DNA from: Eledone cirrhosa
Taxonomy: Eukaryota
DNA: 64,000 nt
Reading direction: 5' to 3'
Assembly: GCA_964016885.1 (NCBI GenBank)
Contig: OZ024753.1
Span: 25,854,001-25,918,000, forward strand
Numbering within the stretch: position 1 is the stretch's first letter; each line of letters opens with the position of its first letter. Both the position numbers and the translations under genes were made by a program. The notes below the pieces were generated by a model that searched no databases, was not told where the DNA came from, and saw only the letters and a program-made list of their open reading frames with translations. This document shows positions 15,001 through 30,000 of this stretch, one piece after another.

Positions 15001-18000
15001 TCTAGTCTTCCTACTAATAACATTAGTGTCCCTCTAGTAATGTCCCTGTTGGTACAATCTAGTCTTCCTACTAATAACATTAGTGTCTCTCTAGTGATGT
15101 CCCTATTGGTACATTCTAGTCTTTCTACTAATAACATTAGTGTCCCTCTAGTAATGTCCCTGTTGGTACAATCTAGTCTTCCTACTAATGACATTAGAGT
15201 CTCTCTAGTAATGTCCCTGTTGGTACAATCTAGTCTTCCTACTAATTACATTAGTTTCACTCTAGTAATGTCCCTGTTGGTACAATCTAGTCTTCCTACT
15301 AATTACATTAGTTTCACTCTAGTAATGTCCCTGTTGGTACAATCTACTCTTCCTACTAATAACATTAGTGTCCCTCTACTAATGTCCATGTTGGTACAAT
15401 CTAGTCTTCCTACTAATTAGATTAGTATCCCTCTAGTAATGTCCCTGTTGGTACAATCTAGTCTTCCTACTAATAACATTAGTGTCCCTCTAGTAATGTC
15501 CATGTTGGTACAATCTAGTCTTCCTACTAATAACATTGGTGTCCCTCTAGTAATGTCCCTATTGGTACAATCTAGTCATCCTAGTAATAACATTCGTGTT
15601 CCTCTAGTAATGTCCCTGTTGGTACAATCTAGTCTTCCTACTAATAACATTGGTGTCCCTCTAGTAATGTCCCTGTTGGTACAATGTACTCTTCCTACTA
15701 ATAACATTAGTGTCCCTCTAGTAATGTCCCTATTGGTACAATCTAGTCTTCCTACTAATTACATTAGTGTCCCTCTAGTAATGTCTCTGTTGGTACAATC
15801 TACTCTTCCTACTAATAATATTAGTGTCCCTCTAGTAATGTCCATGTTGGTACAATCTATTCTTCCTACTAATTACATTAGTGTCTCTCTAGTAATGTCC
15901 CTATTGGTACAATCTAGTCTTCCTACTAATAACATTAGTGTCCCTCTAGTAATGTCTCTGTTGGTACAATCTAGTCTTCCTACTAATTACATTAGTGTCC
16001 ATGTAGTAATTTCCCTGTTGGTACAATCTAGTCTTCCTACTAATAACATTAGTGTCCCTCTAGTAATGTCCCTGTTGGTACATTCTAGTCTTCCTACTAA
16101 TTACATTAGTGTCCATGTAGTAGTGTCCCTGTTGGTACAATCTAGTCTTCCTACTAATAACATTAGTGTCCCTCTAGTAATGTCCCTGTTGGTACAATCT
16201 AGTCTTCCTACTAATTACATTAGTGTCCATGTAGTAGTGTCCCTGTTGGTACAATCTAGTCTTCCTACTAATGACATTAGTGTCCCTCTAGTAATGTCCC
16301 TGTTGGTACATTCTAGTCTTCTTACTAATTACATTAGTGTCTCTCTAGTAATGTCCCTATTGGTACAATCTAGTCTTCCTACTAATAACATTAGTGTCCC
16401 CTAGTAATGTCTCTGTTGGTACAATCTAGTCTTCCTACTAATTACATTAGTGTCCATGTAGTAATTTCCCTGTTGGTACAATCTAGTCTTCCTACTAATA
16501 TCATTAGTGTCCCTCTAGTAATGTCCCTGTTGGTACAATCTAGTCTTCCTACTAATAACATTAGTGTTCCTCTAGTAATGTCCCTGTTGGTACAATCTAG
16601 TCTTCCTACTAATTACATTAGTGTCCATGTAGTAATGTCCCTGTTGGTACAATCTAGTCTTCCTACTAATTACATTAGTGTCCATGTAGTAATGTCCCTG
16701 TTGGTACAATCTAGTCTTCCTACTAATTACATTAGTGTCCCTCTAGTAATGTCCCTGTCGGTACAATCTAGTCTTCCTACTAATGACATTAGTGTCCATG
16801 TAGTAATGTCCCTGTTGGTACAATCTAGTCTTCCTACTAATTATATTAGTCTCCATGTAGTAATGTCCCTGTTGGTACAATCTAGTCTTCCTACTAATAA
16901 CATTAGTGTCCCTCTAGTAATGTCCCTGTTGGTACAATCTAGTCTTCCTACTAATTATATTAGTCTCCATGTAGTAATGTCCCTGTTGGTACAATCTAGT
17001 CTTCCTACTAATAACATTAGTGTCCCTCTAGTAATGTCCCTGTTGGTACAATCTAGTCTTCCTACTAATTACATTAGTGTCCCTCTAGTAATGTCCATGT
17101 TGGTACAATCTAGTCTTCCTACTAATAACATTAGTGTCCCTCTAATAATGTCCCTATTGGTACAATCTAGTCTTCCTACTAATTACATTAGTCTCCCTCT
17201 AGTAAAGTCCCTGTTGGTACAATCTAGTCATCCTACTAATAACATTAGTGTCTATGTAGTAATGTCCCTGTTAGTACAATCTAGTCTTCCTACTAATAAC
17301 ATTAGTGCCCCTCTGGTAATATCCATGTTGGTACAATCTAGTCTTCCTACTAATTACATTAGTGTCCCTCTAGTAATGTCCCTGTTGGTACAATCTAGTC
17401 ATCCTACTAATAACATTAGTGTCCCTCTAGTAATGTCCCTGTTGGTACAATCTAGTCTTCCTACTAATAACATTAGTATCCCTCTAGTAATGTCCCTGTT
17501 GGTACAATCTAGTCTTCCTACTAATTACATTAGTGTCTCTCTAGTAATGTCCCTATTGGTACAATCTAGTCTTCCTACTAATAACATTAGTATCCCTCTA
17601 GTAATGTCCCTGTTGGTACAATCTAGTCATCCTACTAATAACATTAGTGTCCATGTAGTAATGTCCCTGTTGGTACAATCTAGTCTTCCTACTAATAACA
17701 TTAGTGTCCCTCTGGTAATATCCATGTTGGTACAATCTAGTCTTCCTACTAATTACATTAGTGTCCCTCTAGTAATGTCCCTGTTGGTACAATCTAGTCT
17801 TCCTACTAATGACATTAGTGTCCCTCTAGTAATGTCCATGTTGGTACAATCTACTCTTCCTACTAATTACATTAGTATCCCTCTAGTAATGTCCCTGTTG
17901 GTACAATCTAGTCTTCCTACTAATAACATTAGTGTCTCTCTAGTAATGTCCCTGTTGGTACAATCTAGTCTTCCTACTAATAACATTAGTGTCCCCCTAG

Positions 18001-21000
18001 TAATGTCCCTGTTGGTACAATCTAGTCTTCCTACTAATAACATTAGTGTCCCTCTAGTAATGTCCCTGTTGGTACAATCTACTCTTCCTACTAATAACAT
18101 TAGTGTCCCTCTAGTAATGTCCCTATTGGTACAATCTTGTCTTCCTACTAATAACATTAGTGTCCCTCTAGTAATGTCCATGTTGGTACAATCTAGTCTT
18201 CCTACTAATAACATTAGTGTCTCTCTAGTAATGTCCCTGTTGGTACAATCTAGTCATCCTACTAATTACATTAGTGTCCCTCTAGTAATGTCCTTGTTGG
18301 TACAATCTAGTCTTCCTACTAATTACATTAGTGACCCTCTAGTAATGTCCCTGTTGGTACAATCTAGTCTTCCTACTAATTACATTAGTGTCCATGTAGT
18401 AATGTCCCTGTTGGTACAATCTAGACTTCCTACTAATAACATTAGTGTTCCTCTAGTAATGTCCCTGTTGGTACAATCTAGTCTTCCTACTAATAACATT
18501 AGTGTCCCTCTAGTAATGTCCCTGTTGGTACAATCTAGTCTTCCTACTAATGACATTAGTGTCCATGTAGTAATGTCCCTGTTGGTACAATATAGTCTTC
18601 CTACTAATTACATTAGTGTCCCTCTAGTAATGTCCCTGTTGGTACAATCTAGTCTTCCTACTAATGACATTAGTGTCTCTCTAGTAATGTCCCTATTGGT
18701 ACATTCTAGTCTTTCTACTAATAACATTAGTGTCCCTCTAATAATATCCCTATTGGTACAATCTAGTCTTCCTACTAATAACATTAGTGTCTCTCTAGTA
18801 ATGTCCCTATTGGTACATTCTAGTCTTTCTACTAATAACATTAGTGTCCCTCTAATAATATCCCTATTGGTACAATCTAGTCTTCCTACTAATAACATTA
18901 GTGTCCCTCTAATAATATCCCTATTGGTACAATCTAGTCTTCCTACTAATAACATTACTGTCTCTCTAGTAATGTCCCTATTGGTACATTCTAGTCTTTC
19001 TACTAATAACATTAGTGTCCCTCTAATAATATCCCTATTGGTACAATCTAGTCTTCCTACTAATAACATTAGTGTCCCTCTAGTAATGTCCCTGTTGGTA
19101 CAATCTAGTCTTCCTACTAATAACATTAGTGTCTCTCTAGTGATGTCCCTATTGGTACATTCTAGTCTTTCTACTAATAACATTAGTGTCCCTCTAGTAA
19201 TGTCCCTGTTGGTACAATCTAGTCTTCCTACTAATGACATTAGAGTCACTCTAGTAATGTCCCTGTTGATACAATCTAGTCTTCCTACTAATTACATTAG
19301 TTTCACTCTAGTAATGTCCCTGTTGGTACAATCTAGTCTTCCTACTAATTACATTAGTTTCACTCTAGTAATGTCCCTGTTGGTACAATCTACTCTTCCT
19401 ACTAATAACATTAGTGTCCCTCTACTAATGTCCATGTTGGTACAATCTAGTCTTCCTACTAATTAGATTAGTATCCCTCTAGTAATGTCCCTGTTGGTAC
19501 AATCTAGTCTTCCTACTAATAACATTAGTGTCCCTCTAGTAATGTCCATGTTGGTACAATCTAGTCTTCCTACTAATAACATTGGTGTCCCTCTAGTAAT
19601 GTCCCTATTGGTACAATCTAGTCATCCTAGTAATAACATTCGTGTTCCTCTAGTAATGTCCCTGTTGGTACAATCTAGTCTTCCTACTAATAACATTGGT
19701 GTCCCTCTAGTAATGTCCCTGTTGGTACAATGTACTCTTCCTACTAATAACATTAGTGTCCCTCTAGTAATGTCCCTATTGGTACAATCTAGTCTTCCTA
19801 CTAATTACATTAGTGTCCCTCTAGTAATGTCTCTGTTGGTACAATCTACTCTTCCTACTAATAATATTAGTGTCCCTCTAGTAATGTCCATGTTGGTACA
19901 ATCTATTCTTCCTACTAATTACATTAGTGTCTCTCTAGTAATGTCCCTATTGGTACAATCTAGTCTTCCTACTAATAACATTAGTGTCCCTCTAGTAATG
20001 TCTCTGTTGGTACAATCTAGTCTTCCTACTAATTACATTAGTGTCCCTCTAGTAATGTCCCTGTTGGTACAATCTAGTCTTCCTACTAATTACATTAGTG
20101 TCCATGTAGTAGTGTCCCTGTTGGTACAATCTAGTCTTCCTACTAATAACATTAGTGTCCCTCTAGTAATGTCCCTGTTGGTACAATCTAGTCTTCCTAC
20201 TAATAACATTAGTGTCCCTCTAGTAATGTCCATGTTGGTACAATCTAGTCTTCCTACTAATAACATTGGTGTCCCTCTAGTAATGTCCCTATTGGTACAA
20301 TCTAGTCATCCTAGTAATAACATTCGTGTTCCTCTAGTAATGTCCCTGTTGGTACAATCTAGTCTTCCTACTAATAACATTGGTGTCCCTCTAGTAATGT
20401 CCCTGTTGGTACAATGTACTCTTCCTACTAATAACATTAGTGTCCCTCTAGTAATGTCCCTATTGGTACAATCTAGTCTTCCTACTAATTACATTAGTGT
20501 CCCTCTAGTAATGTCTCTGTTGGTACAATCTACTCTTCCTACTAATAATATTAGTGTCCCTCTAGTAATGTCCATGTTGGTACAATCTATTCTTCCTACT
20601 AATTACATTAGTGTCTCTCTAGTAATGTCCCTATTGGTACAATCTAGTCTTCCTACTAATAACATTAGTGTCCCTCTAGTAATGTCTCTGTTGGTACAAT
20701 CTAGTCTTCCTACTAATTACATTAGTGTCCATGTAGTAATTTCCCTGTTGGTACAATCTAGTCTTCCTACTAATAACATTAGTGTCCCTCTAGTAATGTC
20801 CCTGTTGGTACAATCTAGTCTTCCTACTAATTACATTAGTGTCCATGTAGTAGTGTCCCTGTTGGTACAATCTAGTCTTCCTACTAATAACATTAGTGTC
20901 CCTCTAGTAATGTCCCTGTTGGTACAATCTAGTCTTCCTACTAATTACATTAGTGTCCATGTAGTAGTGTCCCTGTTGGTACAATCTAGTCTTCCTACTA

Positions 21001-24000
21001 ATGACATTAGTGTCCCTCTAGTAATGTCCCTGTTGGTACATTCTAGTCTTCTTACTAATTACATTAGTGTCTCTCTAGTAATGTCCCTATTGGTACAATC
21101 TAGTCTTCCTACTAATAACATTAGTGTCCCCTAGTAATGTCTCTGTTGGTACAATCTAGTCTTCCTACTAATTACATTAGTGTCCATGTAGTAATTTCCC
21201 TGTTGGTACAATCTAGTCTTCCTACTAATATCATTAGTGTCCCTCTAGTAATGTCCCTGTTGGTACAATCTAGTCTTCCTACTAATAACATTAGTGTTCC
21301 TCTAGTAATGTCCCTGTTGGTACAATCTAGTCTTCCTACTAATTACATTAGTGTCCATGTAGTAATGTCCCTGTTGGTACAATCTAGTCTTCCTACTAAT
21401 TACATTAGTGTCCATGTAGTAATGTCCCTGTTGGTACAATCTAGTCTTCCTACTAATTACATTAGTGTCCCTCTAGTAATGTCCCTGTCGGTACAATCTA
21501 GTCTTCCTACTAATGACATTAGTGTCCATGTAGTAATGTCCCTGTTGGTACAATCTAGTCTTCCTACTAATTATATTAGTCTCCATGTAGTAATGTCCCT
21601 GTTGGTACAATCTAGTCTTCCTACTAATAACATTAGTGTCCCTCTAGTAATGTCCCTGTTGGTACAATCTAGTCTTCCTACTAATTATATTAGTCTCCAT
21701 GTAGTAATGTCCCTGTTGGTACAATCTAGTCTTCCTACTAATAACATTAGTGTCCCTCTAGTAATGTCCCTGTTGGTACAATCTAGTCTTCCTACTAATT
21801 ACATTAGTGTCCCTCTAGTAATGTCCATGTTGGTACAATCTAGTCTTCCTACTAATAACATTAGTGTCCCTCTAATAATGTCCCTATTGGTACAATCTAG
21901 TCTTCCTACTAATTACATTAGTCTCCCTCTAGTAAAGTCCCTGTTGGTACAATCTAGTCATCCTACTAATAACATTAGTGTCTATGTAGTAATGTCCCTG
22001 TTAGTACAATCTAGTCTTCCTACTAATAACATTAGTGCCCCTCTGGTAATATCCATGTTGGTACAATCTAGTCTTCCTACTAATTACATTAGTGTCCCTC
22101 TAGTAATGTCCCTGTTGGTACAATCTAGTCATCCTACTAATAACATTAGTGTCCCTCTAGTAATGTCCCTGTTGGTACAATCTAGTCTTCCTACTAATAA
22201 CATTAGTATCCCTCTAGTAATGTCCCTGTTGGTACAATCTAGTCTTCCTACTAATTACATTAGTGTCTCTCTAGTAATGTCCCTATTGGTACAATCTAGT
22301 CTTCCTACTAATAACATTAGTATCCCTCTAGTAATGTCCCTGTTGGTACAATCTAGTCATCCTACTAATAACATTAGTGTCCATGTAGTAATGTCCCTGT
22401 TGGTACAATCTAGTCTTCCTACTAATAACATTAGTGTCCCTCTGGTAATATCCATGTTGGTACAATCTAGTCTTCCTACTAATTACATTAGTGTCCCTCT
22501 AGTAATGTCCCTGTTGGTACAATCTAGTCATCCTACTAATAACATTAGTGTCCCTCTAGTAATGTCCATGTTGGTACAATCTAGTCTTCCTACTAATTAC
22601 ATTAGTGTCCCTCTAGTAATGTCCCTGTTGGTACAATCTAGTCTTCCTACTAATGACATTAGTGTCCCTCTAGTAATGTCCATGTTGGTACAATCTACTC
22701 TTCCTACTAATTACATTAGTATCCCTCTAGTAATGTCCCTGTTGGTACAATCTAGTCTTCCTACTAATAACATTAGTGTCTCTCTAGTAATGTCCCTGTT
22801 GGTACAATCTAGTCTTCCTACTAATAACATTAGTGTCCCCCTAGTAATGTCCCTGTTGGTACAATCTAGTCTTCCTACTAATAACATTAGTGTCCCTCTA
22901 GTAATGTCCCTGTTGGTACAATCTACTCTTCCTACTAATAACATTAGTGTCCCTCTAGTAATGTCCCTATTGGTACAATCTTGTCTTCCTACTAATAACA
23001 TTAGTGTCCCTCTAGTAATGTCCATGTTGGTACAATCTAGTCTTCCTACTAATAACATTAGTGTCTCTCTAGTAATGTCCCTGTTGGTACAATCTAGTCA
23101 TCCTACTAATTACATTAGTGTCCCTCTAGTAATGTCCTTGTTGGTACAATCTAGTCTTCCTACTAATTACATTAGTGACCCTCTAGTAATGTCCCTGTTG
23201 GTACAATCTAGTCTTCCTACTAATTACATTAGTGTCCATGTAGTAATGTCCCTGTTGGTACAATCTAGACTTCCTACTAATAACATTAGTGTTCCTCTAG
23301 TAATGTCCCTGTTGGTACAATCTAGTCTTCCTACTAATAACATTAGTGTCCCTCTAGTAATGTCCCTGTTGGTACAATCTAGTCTTCCTACTAATGACAT
23401 TAGTGTCCATGTAGTAATGTCCCTGTTGGTACAATATAGTCTTCCTACTAATTACATTAGTGTCCCTCTAGTAATGTCCCTGTTGGTACAATCTAGTCTT
23501 CCTACTAATGACATTAGTGTCTCTCTAGTAATGTCCCTATTGGTACATTCTAGTCTTTCTACTAATAACATTAGTGTCCCTCTAATAATATCCCTATTGG
23601 TACAATCTAGTCTTCCTACTAATAACATTAGTGTCTCTCTAGTAATGTCCCTATTGGTACATTCTAGTCTTTCTACTAATAACATTAGTGTCCCTCTAAT
23701 AATATCCCTATTGGTACAATCTAGTCTTCCTACTAATAACATTAGTGTCCCTCTAATAATATCCCTATTGGTACAATCTAGTCTTCCTACTAATAACATT
23801 AGTGTCTCTCTAGTAATGTCCCTATTGGTACATTCTAGTCTTTCTACTAATAACATTAGTGTCCCTCTAATAATATCCCTATTGGTACAATCTAGTCTTC
23901 CTACTAATAACATTAGTGTCCCTCTAGTAATGTCCCTGTTGGTACAATCTAGTCTTCCTACTAATAACATTAGTGTCTCTCTAGTGATGTCCCTATTGGT

Positions 24001-27000
24001 ACATTCTAGTCTTTCTACTAATAACATTAGTGTCCCTCTAGTAATGTCCCTGTTGGTACAATCTAGTCTTCCTACTAATGACATTAGAGTCACTCTAGTA
24101 ATGTCCCTGTTGGTACAATCTAGTCTTCCTACTAATTACATTAGTTTCACTCTAGTAATGTCCCTGTTGGTACAATCTAGTCTTCCTACTAATTACATTA
24201 GTTTCACTCTAGTAATGTCCCTGTTGGTACAATCTACTCTTCCTACTAATAACATTAGTGTCCCTCTACTAATGTCCATGTTGGTACAATCTAGTCTTCC
24301 TACTAATTAGATTAGTATCCCTCTAGTAATGTCCCTGTTGGTACAATCTAGTCTTCCTACTAATAACATTAGTGTCCCTCTAGTAATGTCCATGTTGGTA
24401 CAATCTAGTCTTCCTACTAATAACATTGGTGTCCCTCTAGTAATGTCCCTATTGGTACAATCTAGTCATCCTAGTAATAACATTCGTGTTCCTCTAGTAA
24501 TGTCCCTGTTGGTACAATCTAGTCTTCCTACTAATAACATTGGTGTCCCTCTAGTAATGTCCCTGTTGGTACAATGTACTCTTCCTACTAATAACATTAG
24601 TGTCCCTCTAGTAATGTCCCTATTGGTACAATCTAGTCTTCCTACTAATTACATTAGTGTCCCTCTAGTAATGTCTCTGTTGGTACAATCTACTCTTCCT
24701 ACTAATAATATTAGTGTCCCTCTAGTAATGTCCATGTTGGTACAATCTATTCTTCCTACTAATTACATTAGTGTCTCTCTAGTAATGTCCCTATTGGTAC
24801 AATCTAGTCTTCCTACTAATAACATTAGTGTCCCTCTAGTAATGTCTCTGTTGGTACAATCTAGTCTTCCTACTAATTACATTAGTGTCCCTCTAGTAAT
24901 GTCCCTGTTGGTACAATCTAGTCTTCCTACTAATTACATTAGTGTCCATGTAGTAGTGTCCCTGTTGGTACAATCTAGTCTTCCTACTAATAACATTAGT
25001 GTCCCTCTAGTAATGTCCCTGTTGGTACAATCTAGTCTTCCTACTAATTACATTAGTGTCCATGTAGTAGTGTCCCTGTTGGTACAATCTAGTCTTCCTA
25101 CTAATGACATTAGTGTCCCTCTAGTAATGTCCCTGTTGGTACATTCTAGTCTTCTTACTAATTACATTAGTGTCTCTCTAGTAATGTCCCTATTGGTACA
25201 ATCTAGTCTTCCTACTAATAACATTAGTGTCCCTCTAGTAATGTCTCTGTTGGTACAATCTAGTCTTCCTACTAATTACATTAGTGTCCATGTAGTAATT
25301 TCCCTGTTGGTACAATCTAGTCTTCCTACTAATATCATTAGTGTCCCTCTAGTAATGTCCCTGTTGGTACAATCTAGTCTTCCTACTAATAACATTAGTG
25401 TTCCTCTAGTAATGTCCCTGTTGGTACAATCTAGTCTTCCTACTAATTACATTAGTGTCCATGTAGTAATGTCCCTGTTGGTACAATCTAGTCTTCCTAC
25501 TAATTACATTAGTGTCCATGTAGTAATGTCCCTGTTGGTACAATCTAGTCTTCCTACTAATTACATTAGTGTCCCTCTAGTAATGTCCCTGTCGGTACAA
25601 TCTAGTCTTCCTACTAATGACATTAGTGTCCATGTAGTAATGTCCCTGTTGGTACAATCTAGTCTTCCTACTAATTATATTAGTCTCCATGTAGTAATGT
25701 CCCTGTTGGTACAATCTTGTCTTCCTACTAATAACATTAGTGTCCCTCTAGTAATGTCCCTGTTGGTACAATCTAGTCTTCCTACTAATTATATTAGTCT
25801 CCATGTAGTAATGTCCCTGTTGGTACAATCTAGTCTTCCTACTAATAACATTAGTGTCCCTCTAGTAATGTCCCTGTTGGTACAATCTAGTCTTCCTACT
25901 AATTACATTAGTGTCCCTCTAGTAATGTCCATGTTGGTACAATCTAGTCTTCCTACTAATAACATTAGTGTCCCTCTAATAATGTCCCTATTGGTACAAT
26001 CTAGTCTTCCTACTAATTACATTAGTCTCCCTCTAGTAATGTCCCTGTTGGTACAATCTAGTCTTCCTACTAATTACATTAGTGTCCCTCTAGTAATGTC
26101 CCTGTTGGTACAATCTAGTCTTCCTACTAATTACATTAGTGTCCCTCTAGTAATGTCCCTGTTGGTACAATCTAGTCTTCCTACTAATTACATTAGTGTC
26201 TCTCTAGTAATGTCCATGTTGGTACAATCTACTCTTCCTACTAATATCATTAGTGTCCCTCTAGTAATGTCCCTGTTGGTACAATCTAGTCTTCCTACTA
26301 ATTACATTAGTGTCTCTCTAGAAATGTCCCTGTTGGTACAATCTAGTCTTCCTACTAATAACATTAGTGTCCCTCTAGTAATGTCCCTATTGGTACAATC
26401 TTGTCTTCCTACTAATAACATTAGTGTCCCTCTAATAATGTCCCTATTGGTACAATCTAGTCTTCCTACTAATTACATTAGTGTCTCTCTAGTAATGTCC
26501 CTGTTGGAACAATCTACTCTTCCTACTAATAACATTAGTGTCCCTCTAGTAATGTCCCTGTTGGTACAATCTAGTCTTCCTACTAATAACATTAGTGTCT
26601 CTCTAGTAATGTCCCTATTGGTACATTCTAGTCTTTCTACTAATAACATTAGTGTTTCTCTAGTAATGTCCATGTTGGTACAATCTATCTTCCTACTAAT
26701 AACATTAGTGTTTCTCTAGTAATGTCCATGTTGGTACAATCTAGTCTTCCTACTAATAACATTAGTGTCCCTCTAGTAATGTCCCTGTTGGTACAATCTA
26801 GTCTTCCTACTAATAACATTAGTGTCTCTCTAGTAATGTCCCTGTTGGTACAATCTAGTCTTCCTACTAATAACATTAGTGTCCCTCTAGTAATGTCCCT
26901 GTTGGTACAATCTAGTCTTCCTACTAATTACATTAGTGTCTCTCTAGTAATGTCCCTGTTGGTACAATCTAGTCTTCCTACTAATAACATTAGTGTCTCT

Positions 27001-30000
27001 CTAGTAATGTCCATGTTGGTACAATCTACTCTTCCTACTAATTACATTAGTGTCCCTCTAGTAATGTCCATGTTGGTACAATCTACTCTTCCTACTAATA
27101 ACATTAGTATCCCTCTAGTAATGTCCATGATGGTACAATCTACTCTTCCTACTAATAACATTAGTGTCCCTCTAGTAATGTCCATGTTGGTACAATCTAC
27201 TCTTCCTACTAATAACATTAGTATCCCTCTAGTAATGTCCATGTTGGTACAATCTACTCTTCCTACTAATAACATTAGTGTCTCTCTAGTAATGTCCCTG
27301 TTGGTACAATCTAGTCTTCCTACTAATTACATTAGTTTCACTCTAGTAATGTCCCTGTTGGTACAATCTAGTCTTCTTACTAATTACATTAGTGTCTCTC
27401 TAGTAATGTCCATATGGTACAATCTAGTCTTCCTACTAATTACATTAGTGTCTCTCTAGTAATGTCCATATGGTACAATCTACTCTTCCTACTAATTACA
27501 TTAGTGTCCCTCTAATAATGTCCCTATTGGTACATTCTAGTCTTCCTACTAATAACATTAGTGTCCCTCTAGTAATGTCCCTGTTGGTACAAGCTAGTCT
27601 CCCTACTAATAACATTAGTGTCCCTCTAGTAATGTCCCTGTTGGTACAATCTACTCTTCCTACTAATTACATTAGTGTCCCTCTAGTAATGTCCCTGTTG
27701 GTACAATCTAGTCTTCCTACTAATTACATTAGTGTCTCTCTAGTAATGTCCCTGTTGGTACAATCTAGTCTCCCTACTAATAACATTAGTGTCTCTCTAG
27801 TAATGTCCCTGTTGGTACAATCTTGTCTTCCTACTAATAACATTAGTGTCCCTCTAGTAATGTCCCTGTTGGTACAATCTTGTCTTCCTACTAATTACAT
27901 TAGTGTCTCTCTAGTAATGTCCCTATTGGTACAATCTTGTCTTCCTACTAATTACATTAGTGTCCCTCTAGTAATGTCCATATTGGTACAATCTAGTCTT
28001 CCTACTAATTACATTAGTGTCCCTCTAGTAATGTCTCTGTTGGTACAATCTAGTCTTCCTACTCATTACATTAGTGTCCATGTAGTAATTTCCCTGTTGG
28101 TACAATCTAGTCTTCCTACTAATAACATTAGTGTCCCTCTAGTAATGTCCCTGTTGGTACAATCTAGTCTTCCTACTAATAACATTAGTGTCCCTCTAGT
28201 AATGTCCCTGTTGGTACAATCTAGTCTTCCTACTAATAACATTAGTGTCCCTCTAGTAATGTCCCTGTTGGTACAATCTAGTCTTTCTACTAATTACATT
28301 AGTGTCCCTCTAGTAATGTCCCAGTTGGTACAATCTAGTCTTCCTACTAATGACATTAGAGTCTCTCTAGTAATGTCCCTGTTTGTACAATCTAGTCTTC
28401 CTACTAATAACATTAGTGTTCCTCTAGTAATGTCCCTGTTGGTACAATCTAGTCTTCCTATTAATAACATTAGTGTCCCTCTAGTAATGTCCCTGTTGGT
28501 ACAATCTAGTCTTCCTACTAATTACATTAGTGTCTCTCTAGTAATGTCCATGTTGGTACAATCTAGTCTTCCTACTAATTACATTAGTATCCCTCTAGTA
28601 ATGTCCATGTTGGTACAATCTACTCTTCCTACTAATAACATTAGTGTCTCTCTAGTAATGTCCCTGTTGGTACAATCTTGTCTTCCTACTAATAATATTA
28701 GTGTCCCTCTAGTAATGTCCATATGGTACAATCTAGTCTTCCTACTAATAACATTAGTGTCCCTCTAGTAATCTCCCTATTGGTACAATCTTGTCTTCCT
28801 ATTAATAATATTAGTGTCCCTCTAGTAATGTCCATATGGTACAATCTACTCTTCCTACTAATAACATTAGTATCCCTCTAGTAATGTCCATGTTGGTACA
28901 ATCTACTCTTCCTACTAATAACATTAGTGTCTCTCTAGTAATGTCCCTATTGGTACAATCTAGTCTTCCTACTAATTACATTAGTATCCCTCTAGTAATG
29001 TCCCTGTTGGTACAATCTAGTCTTCCTACTAATATCATTAGTGTCTCTCTAGTAATGTCCCTATTGGTACATTCTAGTCTTTCTACTAATAACATTAGTG
29101 TCCCTCTAGTAATGTCCCTGTTGGTACAATCTAGTCATCCTACTAATAACATTAGTGTCCCTCTAATAATGTCCCTATTGGTACAATCTATTCTTCCTAC
29201 TAATTACATTAGTGACCCTCTATTAATGTCCCTGTTGGTACAATCTACTCTTCCTACTAATTACATTAGTGTCCCTCTAATAATGTCCCTGTTGGTACAA
29301 TCTAGTCTTCCTACTAATAACATTAGTGTCCCTCTAGTAATGTCCATGTTGGTACAATCTACTCTTCCTACTAATTACATTAGTGTCCCTCTAGTAATGT
29401 CCATGTTGGTACAATCTAGTCATCCTACTAATAACATTAGTGTCCCTCTAGTAATGTCCATGTTGGTACAATCTAGTCTTCCTACTAATAACATTAGTGT
29501 CTCTCTAGTAATGTCCCTGTTGGTACAATCTAGTCTTCCTACTAATTACATTAGTTTCACTCTAGTAATGTCCCTGTTGGTACAATCTAGTCTTACTACT
29601 AATAACATTAGTGTCCCTCTAGTAATGTCCCTGTTGGTACAATCTAGTCTTCCTACTAATTATATTAGTGTCCATGTAGTAATTTCCCTGTTGGTACAAT
29701 CTAGTCTTCCTACTAATTACATTAGTGTCTCTCTAGTAATGTCCCTATTGGTAGAATCTAGTCTTCCTACTAATAACATTAGTGTCCCTCTAGTAATGTC
29801 TCTGTTGGTACAATCTAGTCTTCCTACTAATTATATTAGTGTCCATGTAGTAATTTCCCTGTTGGTACAATCTAGTCTTCCTACTAATAACATTAGAGTC
29901 CCTCTAGTAATGTCCCTGTTGGTACAATCTAGTCTTCCTACTAATAACATTAGAGTCCCTCTAGTAATGTCCCTGTTGGTACAATCTAGTCTTCCTACTA

